The notes under the pieces were generated by a model, which did no database searches, was not told the origin of the DNA, and saw only the letters and a program-made list of their open reading frames with translations. From Podarcis gaigeae (lineage: Eukaryota), in the NCBI GenBank assembly GCA_964106915.2, contig OZ066930.1: 64,000 nucleotides of DNA; one strand, 5' to 3'. Positions 21,779-33,396 of the stretch are shown here, in pieces. Both the position numbers and the translations under genes were made by a program. How positions within the stretch are numbered: the stretch's first letter is position 1; the number at the start of each line of letters is the position of its first letter.

Positions 21779-22031
21779 CATGGGTAGGCAAAATAAGGCC
21801 CGGGGGCCGAATCCGGCCCAATCGCCTTCTAAATCTGGCCTGTGAACGGTCCGGGAATAAGCTGTTTTTACATGAGTAGAATGTGTCCTTTTATTTAAAA
21901 TGCATCTTTGGGTTATTTGTGTGGCATAGGAATTCATTCATTCCACACACACCCCAAAAAAATATAGTCTGGGCCCCAAGGTCTGAGGGACAGTGGACTG
22001 GCCCCTTGCTGAAAAAGTTTGCTGACCCCTG
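21779..22031. mobile_element. hAT MITE
   Basis: CATGGGTAGGCAAA...TTTGCTGACCCCTG termini; 8-bp TSD gcctacaa/gcctataa with one mismatch. Confidence 0.85.
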
Positions 22032-22044
22032 GCCTATAAGAAGG

Positions 22045-23013
22045 CTAGCATTCAGGACAGACCAAAGGGAAACCAAGTTTCTTCACACAGTGCATAGTTA
22101 AAACTATGGGATTCACTCCCACAAGACGAAGTGTTGGGCACCAAGAGGGATGGCTTTAAAAGAGGATTAGACACATTCATGGAGCTAAAGGCTGGCAACG
22201 GCTACTAGCTATGAGTATCAGTTGATGGGATATTCACTGTGAGAACAGAATGTTGACCTATGACAGGTTTTCGGCAGCGTTCAAAATCTCACAGGCGCCA
22301 GGTGCGTTTTGCAACTGGCGCAGGTCCAACTGCAACCACATGGAGATCTCTGGATGCCATCTTTGGATGGCAACTAACATCTCCACCTGGCTGGCCTCTC
22401 CAGCTTTTTTAGGCAGGTAAGCAGAAGAGCTTATTTACTGCATTAATATCCCACCTTTTTCTCCAAGGAGTACATGCTTCACCCCCCCTCCACAGTTAAT
22501 CCTTACAACAACCCTTTGAGGTAGGTTAAGAGGCTGTGACAGACTCCAAGGTCACCCAGTGAGCTTCATGACTGAGTGGGGATTTGAACCCTGATCTCCC
22601 AGGTCCTACTCTAACCACTGCACCACACTGGCTGCCTACAGTACTTCTGCTATGGGGCAGCTATATAAATTAAGTAGGTAAATAAATGTGGGGAAAGGAA
22701 AATGTCACTTAGAGACGGATCTGAAATATTTTCCTTGAAACTAGAATTTGTCTTATTCTGGATTGTTTTATTTGATGTATTAAAGCATTGTAAACTGCTC
22801 TGAGTTGTTTTTTCTTCAAAATACAAAGTGGTGTTGAAATGAAATGAAAGAAAACAACAACAACAACTTTAATTGTAAAAAATGGCACCTAAACATTCTG
22901 TTGTGGCTACCATGACCTAGGTTTAAGGTGCCATTTGGTGGTTATCTTATATATCTGAGTTTCTAACAATGGACTCTTTGGCCAGATCCAGCAAGGCTCT
23001 TCTCAGGTTCCTA
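22045..23013 (+). mobile_element. CR1-type LINE 3' end split by a DNA transposon (about 22275-22971) that itself contains a Squam3-like SINE
   Basis: FFTQ..V..WDSLP..DGFKRGLDTFME remnant at 22075-22190. The 3' UTR resumes at about 22969 (atggactctttggccagatccagcaaggctcttc). The insert ends cttatatatctgagtttctaaca, as does 40169-40465. Confidence 0.7.
22431..22634 (-). mobile_element. Squam3-like tRNA SINE
   Basis: Minus strand AGCCAGTGTGGTGCAGTGGTTAGAG...GGGTTCAAATCCCCAC...CTGGGTGACCTTGG; matches 36379-36606. Confidence 0.8.
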
Positions 23014-23025
23014 AAACTTCAATTA

Positions 23026-23256
23026 CAGTGGTACCTCGGGTTACATACGCTTCAGATTACATATGCTTCAGGTTACAGACTCCGCTAACCGAGAAATATT
23101 ACCTCGGTTTAAGAACTTTGCTTCAGGATGAGAACAGAAATTGTGCTCCAGCTGCAGGAGGCCTCGTTAGCTAAAGTGGTGCTTCAGGTTAAAAACAGTT
23201 TCAGGTTAAGAATGGACCTCCGGAACGAATTAAGTACTTAACCCGAGGTACCACTG
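23026..23256. mobile_element. Tc1/mariner (Tigger/pogo-like) MITE
   Basis: Perfect 18-bp TIR CAGTGGTACCTCGGGTTA with TA TSD. Confidence 0.93.
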
Positions 23257-24604
23257 TACTGAGATCACTACTAGCATATAGAATAATGTTTTCATTCTGC
23301 AGCCAAATCCTCAGCCCAAGGCCCCATCTAAGGCTGCTCAAAGGCCTTCAGCCCAGTATGTTTAAAAAAAGAAAAAGTCTTTGGCTCACTTGGGATTCAT
23401 TTCAGACAGAGCGACGAGTATAAGCCGGCAGGCAAAGCTAGTGGAAACCCCAAAGGACAAACAATGAAAGAAATATGGGAAGGGCCACAAGAGGCACGGC
23501 TGGGTCTTTCCAGGGGGTGAAAGCAGCCTCTCAGAAACATGAGGAAAGCTTGCCATTCTGAAGTGTTGTGTGCTTTTCTCACTTGGCATGAAATTGCTGG
23601 GTTATTTCCTTGGTATGTGAAAAGGAAATTGGAGGTAGAGCCTGGGTGGCTTTGCCGGGGACATCTGCAATGTGTCTGGCCAATTCCCAAATTCAAGCTC
23701 TTGTGAATACCCATTTGTAGATATTTAAAGCCTAGGAAGATCATTAAGCAAGCTAATAGAGCCACTAGCAAGGGAGTGCTAACTTGGACTCGCTAATGTG
23801 TCTCATTCCTGAATAATGAAAGGGCAAAAGTATCCACAGACGCCTATCTGGCTACCACTGAAATTGCTATCACAGGGGAAAGTGCAATTTGAGTCTTCCC
23901 CCCAGCCTCCCTCTTTCCTCTTGACTACCACAAGGCTACAATACAAGAGAGCTATTCTCAACACTATTTCTTATTCTGCCTTCACTGCACATATTCTCTC
24001 TCTCTCTCTCTTGCTGACATTTTGCATTCATAGCTTGACTCCTGCAATCAAACACATCAGACCAAGTGGTTCATCTAGCCCAGTATTGTATTTTCCACAG
24101 TGCTCAGCCAGATGCCTCTGCAAAGCCCACAGAGCATGAAGGCAGGACCACCAGCCCCCTGCTGGCTGCTAAAGCTGACCACATGATCAAGCTATATTCC
24201 ATGAGTTTGTCTAATCTCCTTTTAGAGCGTTCCAAACTAATGGTTAAAGCCATATCTTGCAAAGGGATATGGATGCATGACAATATGAAAAGGGAGCCAT
24301 CCCATCTGCACCCTTAAAATTCCAAATCAATGGCAGGAATCACTCTATCTGGCCCCTGGGGCTCTTTATCTGGTGATATCCCAAGGTCATATCAATCCCT
24401 CTCCCTAGTTAGCATCCCTCTCCAGCACATACTCCTTGAGAGCATTTATTCATTCAATTCCATTCCTCATCAAACAAGATCCCAGATAGGTGCATATGGT
24501 AAAACAGAGTTAATAATAAATAATTGTTAACATACAAAACTCTTCCATACGAAATCATGATCCTAACACTGTTTATAGTTTTCTGTGGCTTTCACCCGGG
24601 GAAA

Positions 24605-24640
<36 letters not shown>

Positions 24641-25098
24641 AAACAAACACACTGCAGATATCTTACCCATTAGACCACTGGTTTTCAACTGGTGCATCGT
24701 AACACAAGCATTACCACCAAGCAAACACATGATAAAAGATTAAGAAATGGGTCCTCAAATGCCCGTTTGGGTTAAAAGTGGGTCCTGTGTCTGAAAAAAT
24801 TGAAGATACTTTCATTAGAAGCAGCTTACTCTAGCACCGAGGCCAGATTTTCCCTGGCTGGAATGTGTGCTTGAACTGCAAAACAATGACTCCCATTTGC
24901 CTGGATGGAGGAGTGTGCATGCGTAAACACACCTACACCTGTGCAGAATTTTGCATTACTGTACCAAAGGTTAAGAGTCACATTAGTTGTGTTGTCCATT
25001 TCAGCCTCTGGTCCTGCCTACCACTAGCATTTTTTCCTGGAAGGTATCCCATGGGGGAAATATAGGCCAGGAGTAGAATAAAATATGCAATTCCATTC

Positions 25099-25443
25099 CA
25101 GGAGTGAGGAACATTTTTGCAGCCCAAGGGCCACAATCTCTCCTGGGTAACCTTCTGGGAGCTCTTTGGCAGCAGTGGGCATGACCAGAAATAAAAACAT
25201 GCGTGGAGTAACAGGTGCATCTCTTCACTTCTGCTACAGTAGACTGCATCCAGCGGTTTCGAAACACAACTTTTCACCATCCAAGCAAGCATTATCACAG
25301 TGTGAGGACACATTTCAGCCAGGCAGGCACTCAAGGAGGAGGTGGAGCAGGACCTATGAGGGGTGAGGCATGGGAAGAGTCCCAAGGGCCAGACAAAAAT
25401 GACTTGGGGGCCGCATTTGGCCTCTAGGCCTGAGGTTCTCCAA
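25099..25443. mobile_element. hAT-like MITE
   Basis: CAGGAGTGAGGAAC start and ...GGCCGCATTTGGCC...GGTTCTCCA end; homologous to 5668-5900. Confidence 0.6.
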
Positions 25444-25818
25444 CTTTGTTCTGCTCTATGGAGACTCATTGATCCTCAACCCACACACACTGGTTTCAAT
25501 TTACTTGGACAGATATCTTTTCTCTACCCACACTCCCGCTTTTCAGCATTGCTTCTGTATCGATAAAGGCAAGCAATGCCAAATTAAAAACCACAATACG
25601 GAACTTTGTGAACCTCTCCACATGAATTGGAGCCGGGAAGCATCCCAGAAGACTTATAAAGATGCAAGTTCAAGCTTTCTCCTGTGCTGTCTTCTCCTTC
25701 AGTTAAGTGTGTGTCACTTGTAAAAAAAAGACTTAATAATGAATTATTTTTTTTTATTACATAATAGCTCTGCAGAGCTCATATTCTCCCCCATTCCCAT
25801 CTCTGTTTCCTCCCCCCT

Positions 25819-25860
25819 CTATAGAATTCTGGCTATAATCTATAGAATTCTGGCTATAAT
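25819..25860. repeat. Perfect 21-bp tandem duplication
   Basis: ctatagaattctggctataat occurs twice in tandem. Confidence 0.95.
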
Positions 25861-26852
25861 TCGCAGCATTAAAGAAATATATTCATTAGAATAGTTTCCC
25901 AAGAATTTCCATATAAGGTCTGACCATGGTAGTGACATCAGGGCAGGAGTTTGGGGCAGGGAGCCAAGGCGACACTCAGCAAGAGGGTCCCCAAACACAG
26001 CAGGGTGAGCTTACCATAAGTGAAGTAATAATATGCATTACCACACATTGCACTGGCCCATAAGACCACTGTCCAGAATCTAAAATTACATAATTGCACC
26101 ACTAATTCACCTCAGCTATGATGCTGCATCCCCTTAGCTGCTTAGAGGAGCTTATGAGACCAGATAAATTACAAATATTGTCAGCCAGCATAAGGGTTCC
26201 TGCATTAGTGGATAGATGAGTTTGTTGTGCAGCAGAGGAATCCAGTACATCAATTGCACTAGTGGAAATGCATTGTGCAACTAAGTTAGCAGCAATCTGT
26301 GTATACATTTTCTTTCACAACAACGTTCTGCTGGTGCAAAAGGTTTATCCAGCAGAACACTAAATGACTAACTTAGCACAACATTGGAGGCAACCTCTTC
26401 CATTAACATGCTTCTTTGAATGGTCACAGGCTATCTAGAGATCAAATTGCCATCTTGGAAAGTGTCAACTAATGGTCTTAAGAGATTTTGCCTCATTTGA
26501 CACTGACAAGAAGTGTTTTTTTTCCCTGTGGTTTCATTTAAACGGAGCTTTCCTATTACCATCAGGGGAAAGTGTGCTTATTATAGGATGGAGACTTGTG
26601 GAACCACCATGTTGTTCCATTGGCCTTGCTAAAATGTCCCCCACCTGCTCTCACTGCTTTTGTTCATTGAAGTCAACGCCAGAAAATGGGTACGCAACCT
26701 GGTCCGCTCTGGATGTTGATGGACCGCAACTCCCACCAACTGCTGCCAGCATGGCTATGCTGGCTTGGGCTATGTGAATTGTAGCCCAACAACATGCATC
26801 TGGATGGTACCAGGTTGCCTGCTCTTGCCCCAAAGCCTTCTGCTGTTGAAAA

Positions 26853-27040
26853 AGGGCTGAAGATCAGTGGTACAGCACCTGCTTTTCACACAGGAGGTCC
26901 CTGTTTCAATCCGAGAAATCTCCAGGTAAGGCTGTATCCTGTCTGAAACTCCTAAGAGCCACTCTAATCAGTGTGGACAATGCTGAGTTATATGGACCAA
27001 TGGTCTGACTCAGTATAAGGCAGCTTTCTATATTTCTAAC
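26853..27040 (+). mobile_element. tRNA-derived SINE
   Basis: GATCAGTGG A-box remnant, GTTTCAATCC B-box remnant and 3' end atggaccaatggtctgactcagtataaggcagc. Confidence 0.8.
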
Positions 27041-28293
27041 ATCCTGATCAGAGTTGAAATTATTATTAATTTAATCTAGAGTATGATCCCCCCTCCTTCC
27101 TGGTGATCACCAGGGTTCCGTTCTACGTTTAAGGGCAAATTTTGACTGATGACAGCCTCTCCTTGAGAACTGGGGTTGGGGGCGTTCTGTGCCCTTTTGC
27201 CAGTCACTGCACTTGCAGGGATGATGCACTTAAAAAACAAAGCACCACTCCTTTCTCGATGGGGAAATAAAGCCTGCCTCCCATTCATCATTCAAATGAT
27301 GGCGATTAAGAGAGGCTCATAATTTCAAGGGAGGGCAGACTTTTAGATGACAACAAAAGCCAAGCACAAGACATTAGAGAAGGCAATGTTCCACATTTCA
27401 GAACACAGCATGCCATTTTCCTCTAGCAAATCTCTCATGGTCGTATCCCTGCAATTTTTTGTTTTAATATATTTCAAACTGCTGAGAGCTGCATGCCTGC
27501 TGCTGATGTCTGATGCAGCGTAAGAAAACGAGATGGGAAAACGAGAGGGATAGAAGTCCTTAGTGAGGAAACGTTCAAAACAAAACAAAACAAGAAGTGT
27601 CTTATCAACAATCCCAAGGCCTATTCAGAAAGCCCACAGCTAAGTTGCTTGAGGGTGGGCGGCAGGACCAAGCAGTAACTTCCGACTCATCTGCTTTTCT
27701 GGACACCCTGGGGACCGCACCACAGCAGACTACAATTTCTAGTAAATATATCCCAGGGACATAATTAGTTTTTCAGCTGGGGGCATGATAAATTGGGCAT
27801 GCATAATTCAAGGCCAGAGCAGGTTGGAATATAAACTGTTCCATGACAGCTTCCAACTCCCCAACAGGAGAACGTAAACCGAACTCTCTGGCAAGCAAAG
27901 TTGATGGACGCAGCTAATACCGCGGGTTTCATTTTACAACTCAGCTTCTTCCTTTTGTCGGCCTAAGTGCACAATACATCTCCCTCTATACTACTCTCTC
28001 TTCACTTCCTCTACAAACGGAGCAAAGCCCTAATCCTCCCCACAATATAACCTCTCCCTCCTTCATATCTGCCTTTTACTTGTTTTTTTTAAGCTGAAGT
28101 CAAACCACAAGGCTTAAAAAAACACCTTACGGATTCATCTCCTCATCTGAAAAACTGCATTTGTGGCCCTGGACTCGGTTAATGTTTTCGTTTCAGGAAT
28201 CCTGGGGGAGGTTAAAGGACAAAACTTAATTTAGAATAAGAAGGTGCTACGACTGAACACTTCTGTATTGTCATTGTGACATTTCTGTACTTT

Positions 28294-28410
28294 GGGTTCT
28301 ATCTAATGTTAGTTCTACTCTGAGCACACCCATTGAAATTCATGGACATGGCTAACTTTAGATCCATTAATCTGAATAGTACTACTCTAGAACTTAGCTG
28401 GATGCAACCT
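28294..28410. mobile_element. Short palindromic MITE (GGGTTGTATCCAA-type TIR, Harbinger-like)
   Basis: The whole element is an imperfect palindrome; related copies at about 28546-28645 and 57186-57300. Confidence 0.65.
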
Positions 28411-28665
28411 TTTGGTTCCAGTCTTTGTGGGTATTCAATACACCATGAGTGCCTTCAAAAGTGAATTACACGAAGTAAAGCATCATGCAATTAGATGGAA
28501 AACATTGCTGGCCTTGTCCCCACTGTACATCAGGTAGCATCACTGTAGTATCAGCTAGTCCTACTCAGAGTAGACTCACTGAGGTTAATGGCCATGACTA
28601 ACTGATGTTCATTAATTTCAGTGGCTTTACTCTTGGATACAAGCCATGGGCACAGACTGCCTGTA

Positions 28666-28938
28666 CATTGGGACCTCTATTTACAGATGCCATCTGTTCC
28701 GGGGTGCCTTTTGCACCCCAAAAAGTCCATAAGTAGAGTGCCGCTTCTGCGCGTGTGCGTGATGCAATAGAGCGCTCCTGCGCATGCACAAAGTATGCAG
28801 AGCGCTCCTGCGCATGCGTGAAGCACACAGAACGCTTCTGCGCAGGCGGCGGAACCCAGAAGTATACACTTCCGGGTTTGCCATGTTTACAACCCAAAAA
28901 TCTGCAACCTGAACCTAACGCAACTAGAGGTATGACAG
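28666..28938. mobile_element. Tigger-like MITE with internal about 30-bp tandem units
   Basis: TA flanks; degenerate TIR cattgggacctcta / tagaggtatgacag; internal agagcgctcctgcgcatgc repeats. Confidence 0.7.
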
Positions 28939-29007
28939 TACAGGGGAAGCCTACACATCAGCAGCTGTTTACATGCAGGCTTTTCTTAAGCAGACAGTCC
29001 ACATTGT

Positions 29008-29345
29008 AAGAAAAGCCCTGCTGGAACATCCCCAGGGTCCATCTAGTCCAGCTTCCTCTTCTCACAGTGGCCGACCTGATGTCAATGGGAAGCCCACAAT
29101 CAGGACAGGTGCACAACAGCACGACTCCCACATACTCACTTATGCTCCCCAGAAACCAAAGGAAGATACTAAAAAATCATTATGACTAGTAGCCATTGAT
29201 AGCCCTTTCCTTCATGAATTTGTCTAATCCTCTTTTAAAGCCATCTGAGGTGGTGGCATCGCTACATCTTGCAGTAGTGAATGTCATATGCATCCTGTTA
29301 CTTCCCTTTTGTCTGGCCTGAATCTCCCAACATTCAGTTTCATTG
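29008..29345 (-). mobile_element. CR1-type LINE 3' fragment
   Basis: DGFKRGLDKFMKERAINGY* C-terminus and the same 3' UTR type as 22045-23013. Confidence 0.8.
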
Positions 29346-29607
29346 AAAGACCTTAGGTGAAAGTGTTGGACTACAATTCCCAGCATCCCTGACCATTGGC
29401 TAAACTGACAGTGGATGATGGAAGTTGTAGTCCAACAGTGCCTGGAGGCACAAGAATGAAGAACTCTTTCCTTGTGTATAAATATATTTGGTGGTGGTGG
29501 GGAATCCCTTATATAATTTGCTTCATTTATAAAGGCGGCTCCAAATATCAAAACCTAAGGTTCCAACAAAATCCCCAGCTCAACGTTTCAAAAGTAAATG
29601 GAGCAAG

Positions 29608-29795
29608 GTAAAAGCCATATAGCCCAGTAGATAATCTGATTTTCATGCAGAAGGTCCCAGCTTCAATCCCCAGCATCTCCAGGTAAGGCTGGGATAAATC
29701 TCCCCCTAAAACCCTGGAGAGCCGCTGCCACTCAGTGTAGATCACACCAAGCTAGATGAATCAATGGCCTCACTCAGTGTAAAGTAGATTCCAGT
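29608..29795 (+). mobile_element. tRNA-derived SINE
   Basis: TAGCCCAGT A box, GCTTCAATCCC B-box remnant and shared body. Confidence 0.8.
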
Positions 29796-30212
29796 GTTTG
29801 AACTCTTGATGCCTGGTTGATAGCGCATTGTTGAGCTGGCATGGAAAATTTATCACATTCCATGGGGATGCAGTTCAGAAGGAATGCTTTTATTCAAAAT
29901 GGAAAACCTTTGGCATTTCTAGGCATCAATATGGCAAGCGCAGTGCTAAAACAATTTTCTGAAAACAGTCAGATAACCGCCAATGGTTTGGAGCTGAGGA
30001 GGCTCACAGAGGGATATTGACTCCTGTCAAGTTCAGATATAGTTGTTGTCCACGAATTGTAATGTCAGGTTTTATTTGCTCAGTTACTCGTGTATTGCAT
30101 GGAGTGGACCTCACTGTCTTTCTCAAACCCTCTAGACGTGGCCTTTCACCTCTCTGGCATGATGACAGCCGAATGGCATAAACAGATGACACACAGGGTC
30201 CTTTCCAACTCT

Positions 30213-30251
<39 letters not shown>

Positions 30252-33154
30252 CTCTGTGTACACTGTCAAATCCAAGGCTGTTAAGGGAATTAGTCTCATG
30301 GGAAATGTGACTATATAAATCTACATTTCTACTTCATCCTTCTAGCAAATTTGCTCCATATGTGCTCGAAGTGGGAGATAGCTATTTTTTCTTTTCTCTC
30401 CTCCAAATAAGCTTAACACCAACAACAGCAGTGCTTTTTGAATTCACCTCATAAGCAGCAAGCATGCAGACTGCCGTCGGCATGGATCTGATCTGCTATG
30501 TTGGCCATCTGTTGCACTCCTGTTCTAAATTATTACTACTATATTGCAACTGCTATAGTAGTCCAGATACTCAGAGACGGGTGAAGCAACTACCTCTCTG
30601 TGGTCAAACACCATTTTGTGTGTTGCAAGGGCAGTGTCCAACCCTGACCCAAATCAGCTGTTTCCATTTGTGTGCAATGGCTTTCCACTACACTGCCTGC
30701 TTCCAATATAACAGCAGTAGTATGTGGCGCGTTGATGGGGTTTGAACAGAAGGACCAGCTCTCATCCTACGTAGGATCTCCTGAAGCTCCATCCCTGGGA
30801 GATCCAGGAAGCTGAGCCTTGCAGTCAGAGCTGAAGGGACATACTGTAGCCTTGTAGTCTCTAAACATATGGGAGGTTGAATCAGGGGGCAAAGCCTGGC
30901 TGTAAATGGCGGCTCAAGGATGCAGTCTGATGTTTAAGAATGTAGGGTCAACAACAAACTCTCTTAAGAGTTATCTACTAACCCCATCACCCTGACTCCT
31001 TAACCTAAGTTTTTACATCTTTCACTAGAGATCCAGAGGAGGAGTCTAAAACCTTGAGACTTCAGATCAAACCTCAAGGCATATCAGTCTTAAACCTAAA
31101 TGCTGATTTGCTGGCCCACAATGAAAAATGGGAGCCCTGTGCCAAGCTTCTCACCACACTGCAATGTGTACAACACACTGCACAGCTGGACATTACCATG
31201 CTATGTTTCTGATGTGTGTGTGGCTTTGCATCACTGGCTGCTACAGCCAATGGTGCAATGGTGTCAGGTCATGGGAAATGCTGTACTCTGGAAGTGGCTG
31301 TTCAACATGGAGCCGCTGTTTTCAGCTGCAACCTTCTATTTCTTGTAATGCTTATTTTAAGTTCCTCACGGGGCTTGACAAGACCTCCATGGATGCAAAA
31401 CTGCTCGATCTCTTTCAGCTGTTAATTCTAAGCCATCTTGCATATGCATTCAAAGGTACTCAGCTGCAACACAGAGCCGTTTATATCCTTTACTTAAACA
31501 AGCCATTCCCAGTGTACACAGCAACGGCTAGATGCAGTCGTACAGGCATTTACAAGACTAGAAAAATTAAAACGGCAGTTTTGCTGTCAAGATCATAAAA
31601 CAGATACATCCCAGCAAGCAAAAAACAAAACAAAAAAACCACCCCTTGCAGAGGCTCCAAGAGCAATTTCTTCTAGGGGTTTTCCTTGTAGATCATTAAA
31701 AGCATATTAAAACAGAAAACACCCACGTAGGTTAAAAGAAAAAACATGTTTAAAAATGGAAAGAAGCTTCCACTTCAGAACAGTAACAAAAAAAACCCTT
31801 TTAAAAATATACATTTATTAACACTAATCTCAGATCATTAGCCAATTTGGCAACGGACCAGAGCAGAGGGGAAAAAATTATCCTTGTCATGCTGCAACAT
31901 CAGCTTTCATCCAGAAATACTAATTTTGGTAAAATGAATACTGTGTGGGCTTTGCATTCTGCTCCGCTTTTGGCTCCATACAACCTTGTTAAAAGCCTGG
32001 GAGCCAGCCATATAGTTAAACTGCACAGATGTTCAACAATCTGTACTACTGTTAATTACCCTAATGTGAGCAGAAACTCAACAGATCCCTGCTAATGAAG
32101 GAGAAAGTTTTCCAGCGCAACTACCTTATGTTGCATTGTCACTATATTACTGGGCTCCCCCTCCCTCCTTCCCCAGCCCAGCCTCCTATTCTCTCTTGCG
32201 TCCCCATGCATTTACACATTGCCCGCCTAGCTCCGTGCGCATGAATTGGACCAACTAATGACTGCATACTTTCAATGTGGCAGGCGCCATTAGTCAGATC
32301 GGCAGCACGGCTCTTGCATGTTAACACAAGACAATTTTAAATGGGGGGAGGGGCAGAAGGAAGAAACAACAGATATGGCCAGAGCTGTGGTTTGCTCTGT
32401 CCCCACCCATCTGCCTGTGTGGCTCCTGTCCTTAGCAGAATTGCAGCCAAAAGCCAAAGTACTCGAACATGGTGCCCCCTCCAGATGTTGTGGACTACTT
32501 TCCCCATCAGTCCCAGCTAGCATGGCTGTTGTTCGAGAACCCTGGGAACTGTAGCCCACAATATCTGGGGGGTGCATTGTTGGGTAGCCCAGAATTAATG
32601 AGTTGCAAAAATAAAGGGGTGTGGATTGGAACGTGTGTGTACATGACAAATGCCCAGTAGGGACACGTACACAGCATCAACCTGGGGTTTCTGTGCCACT
32701 TCTTCTCCAGGGGAAGGATGGTAATGAAAACAACTATAGGTGTTGCAACCATCACCAACTGCCTAGCTAGTGACTTCTAAGTGTGAGAGTGTTAAAACGC
32801 CGATGGGAAGCCTGAACGCAACAAAGCAGAAGGTGCACTAAGCAAGGAGCTTTTCAGTTAAGGTGGAGCATTATTTATTGTGGCTGTTCTTCCTTCTTGG
32901 CAAGCAGCACTATTATGTCTTCAAATATATTGTATGCTTAGCCCACATAAAAAGGGTAGCGTTGCTGAACTTCATATTGTTTCTAAACCACAAGAGAGCC
33001 AAAGAAGCTGGCGGTGCAGCATAACTTTGCACGCATGCCCGTTGGGGGTGGAAGAGGGAGGCTCGATAAGCTTCATTCTGAAACCTGACCTGGAAGGTTC
33101 TGTGCTGGGGAAAAAACATCAGGCTCAGTGTGGCTACCTTACATGACCGATCTA

Positions 33155-33396
33155 CAGTAGTACCTTGGTTTGCATACGTCTTGGTTTGCATACGTTTTGG
33201 ATTACAAACACGTCAAACCCAGAAGTGCGTGTCCTGGTTTGCAACCTTTTTTTGGATTACAACCCATTTTTTTTTGGATTACAAACAAATTTTTTTTGGA
33301 GGCCCCATTGGCAAAAGAGCACCTTGGGTTACAACCTGTTTTGGTTTACAAACAGACCTCCAGAACGGATTAGGGTTGTAAACCAAGGTACCACTG
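33155..33396. mobile_element. Tc1/mariner (Tigger/pogo-like) MITE, related subfamily
   Basis: TIR CAGTAGTACCTTGGTTT / AAACCAAGGTACCACTG; TA TSD; internal TTTTGGATTACAA repeats. Confidence 0.9.

Noticed and set aside
28730-28850. Spaced about 19-bp repeats resembling a CRISPR array
   Set aside because: Eukaryotic context, short similar spacers, inside a TA-flanked MITE and no cas genes.
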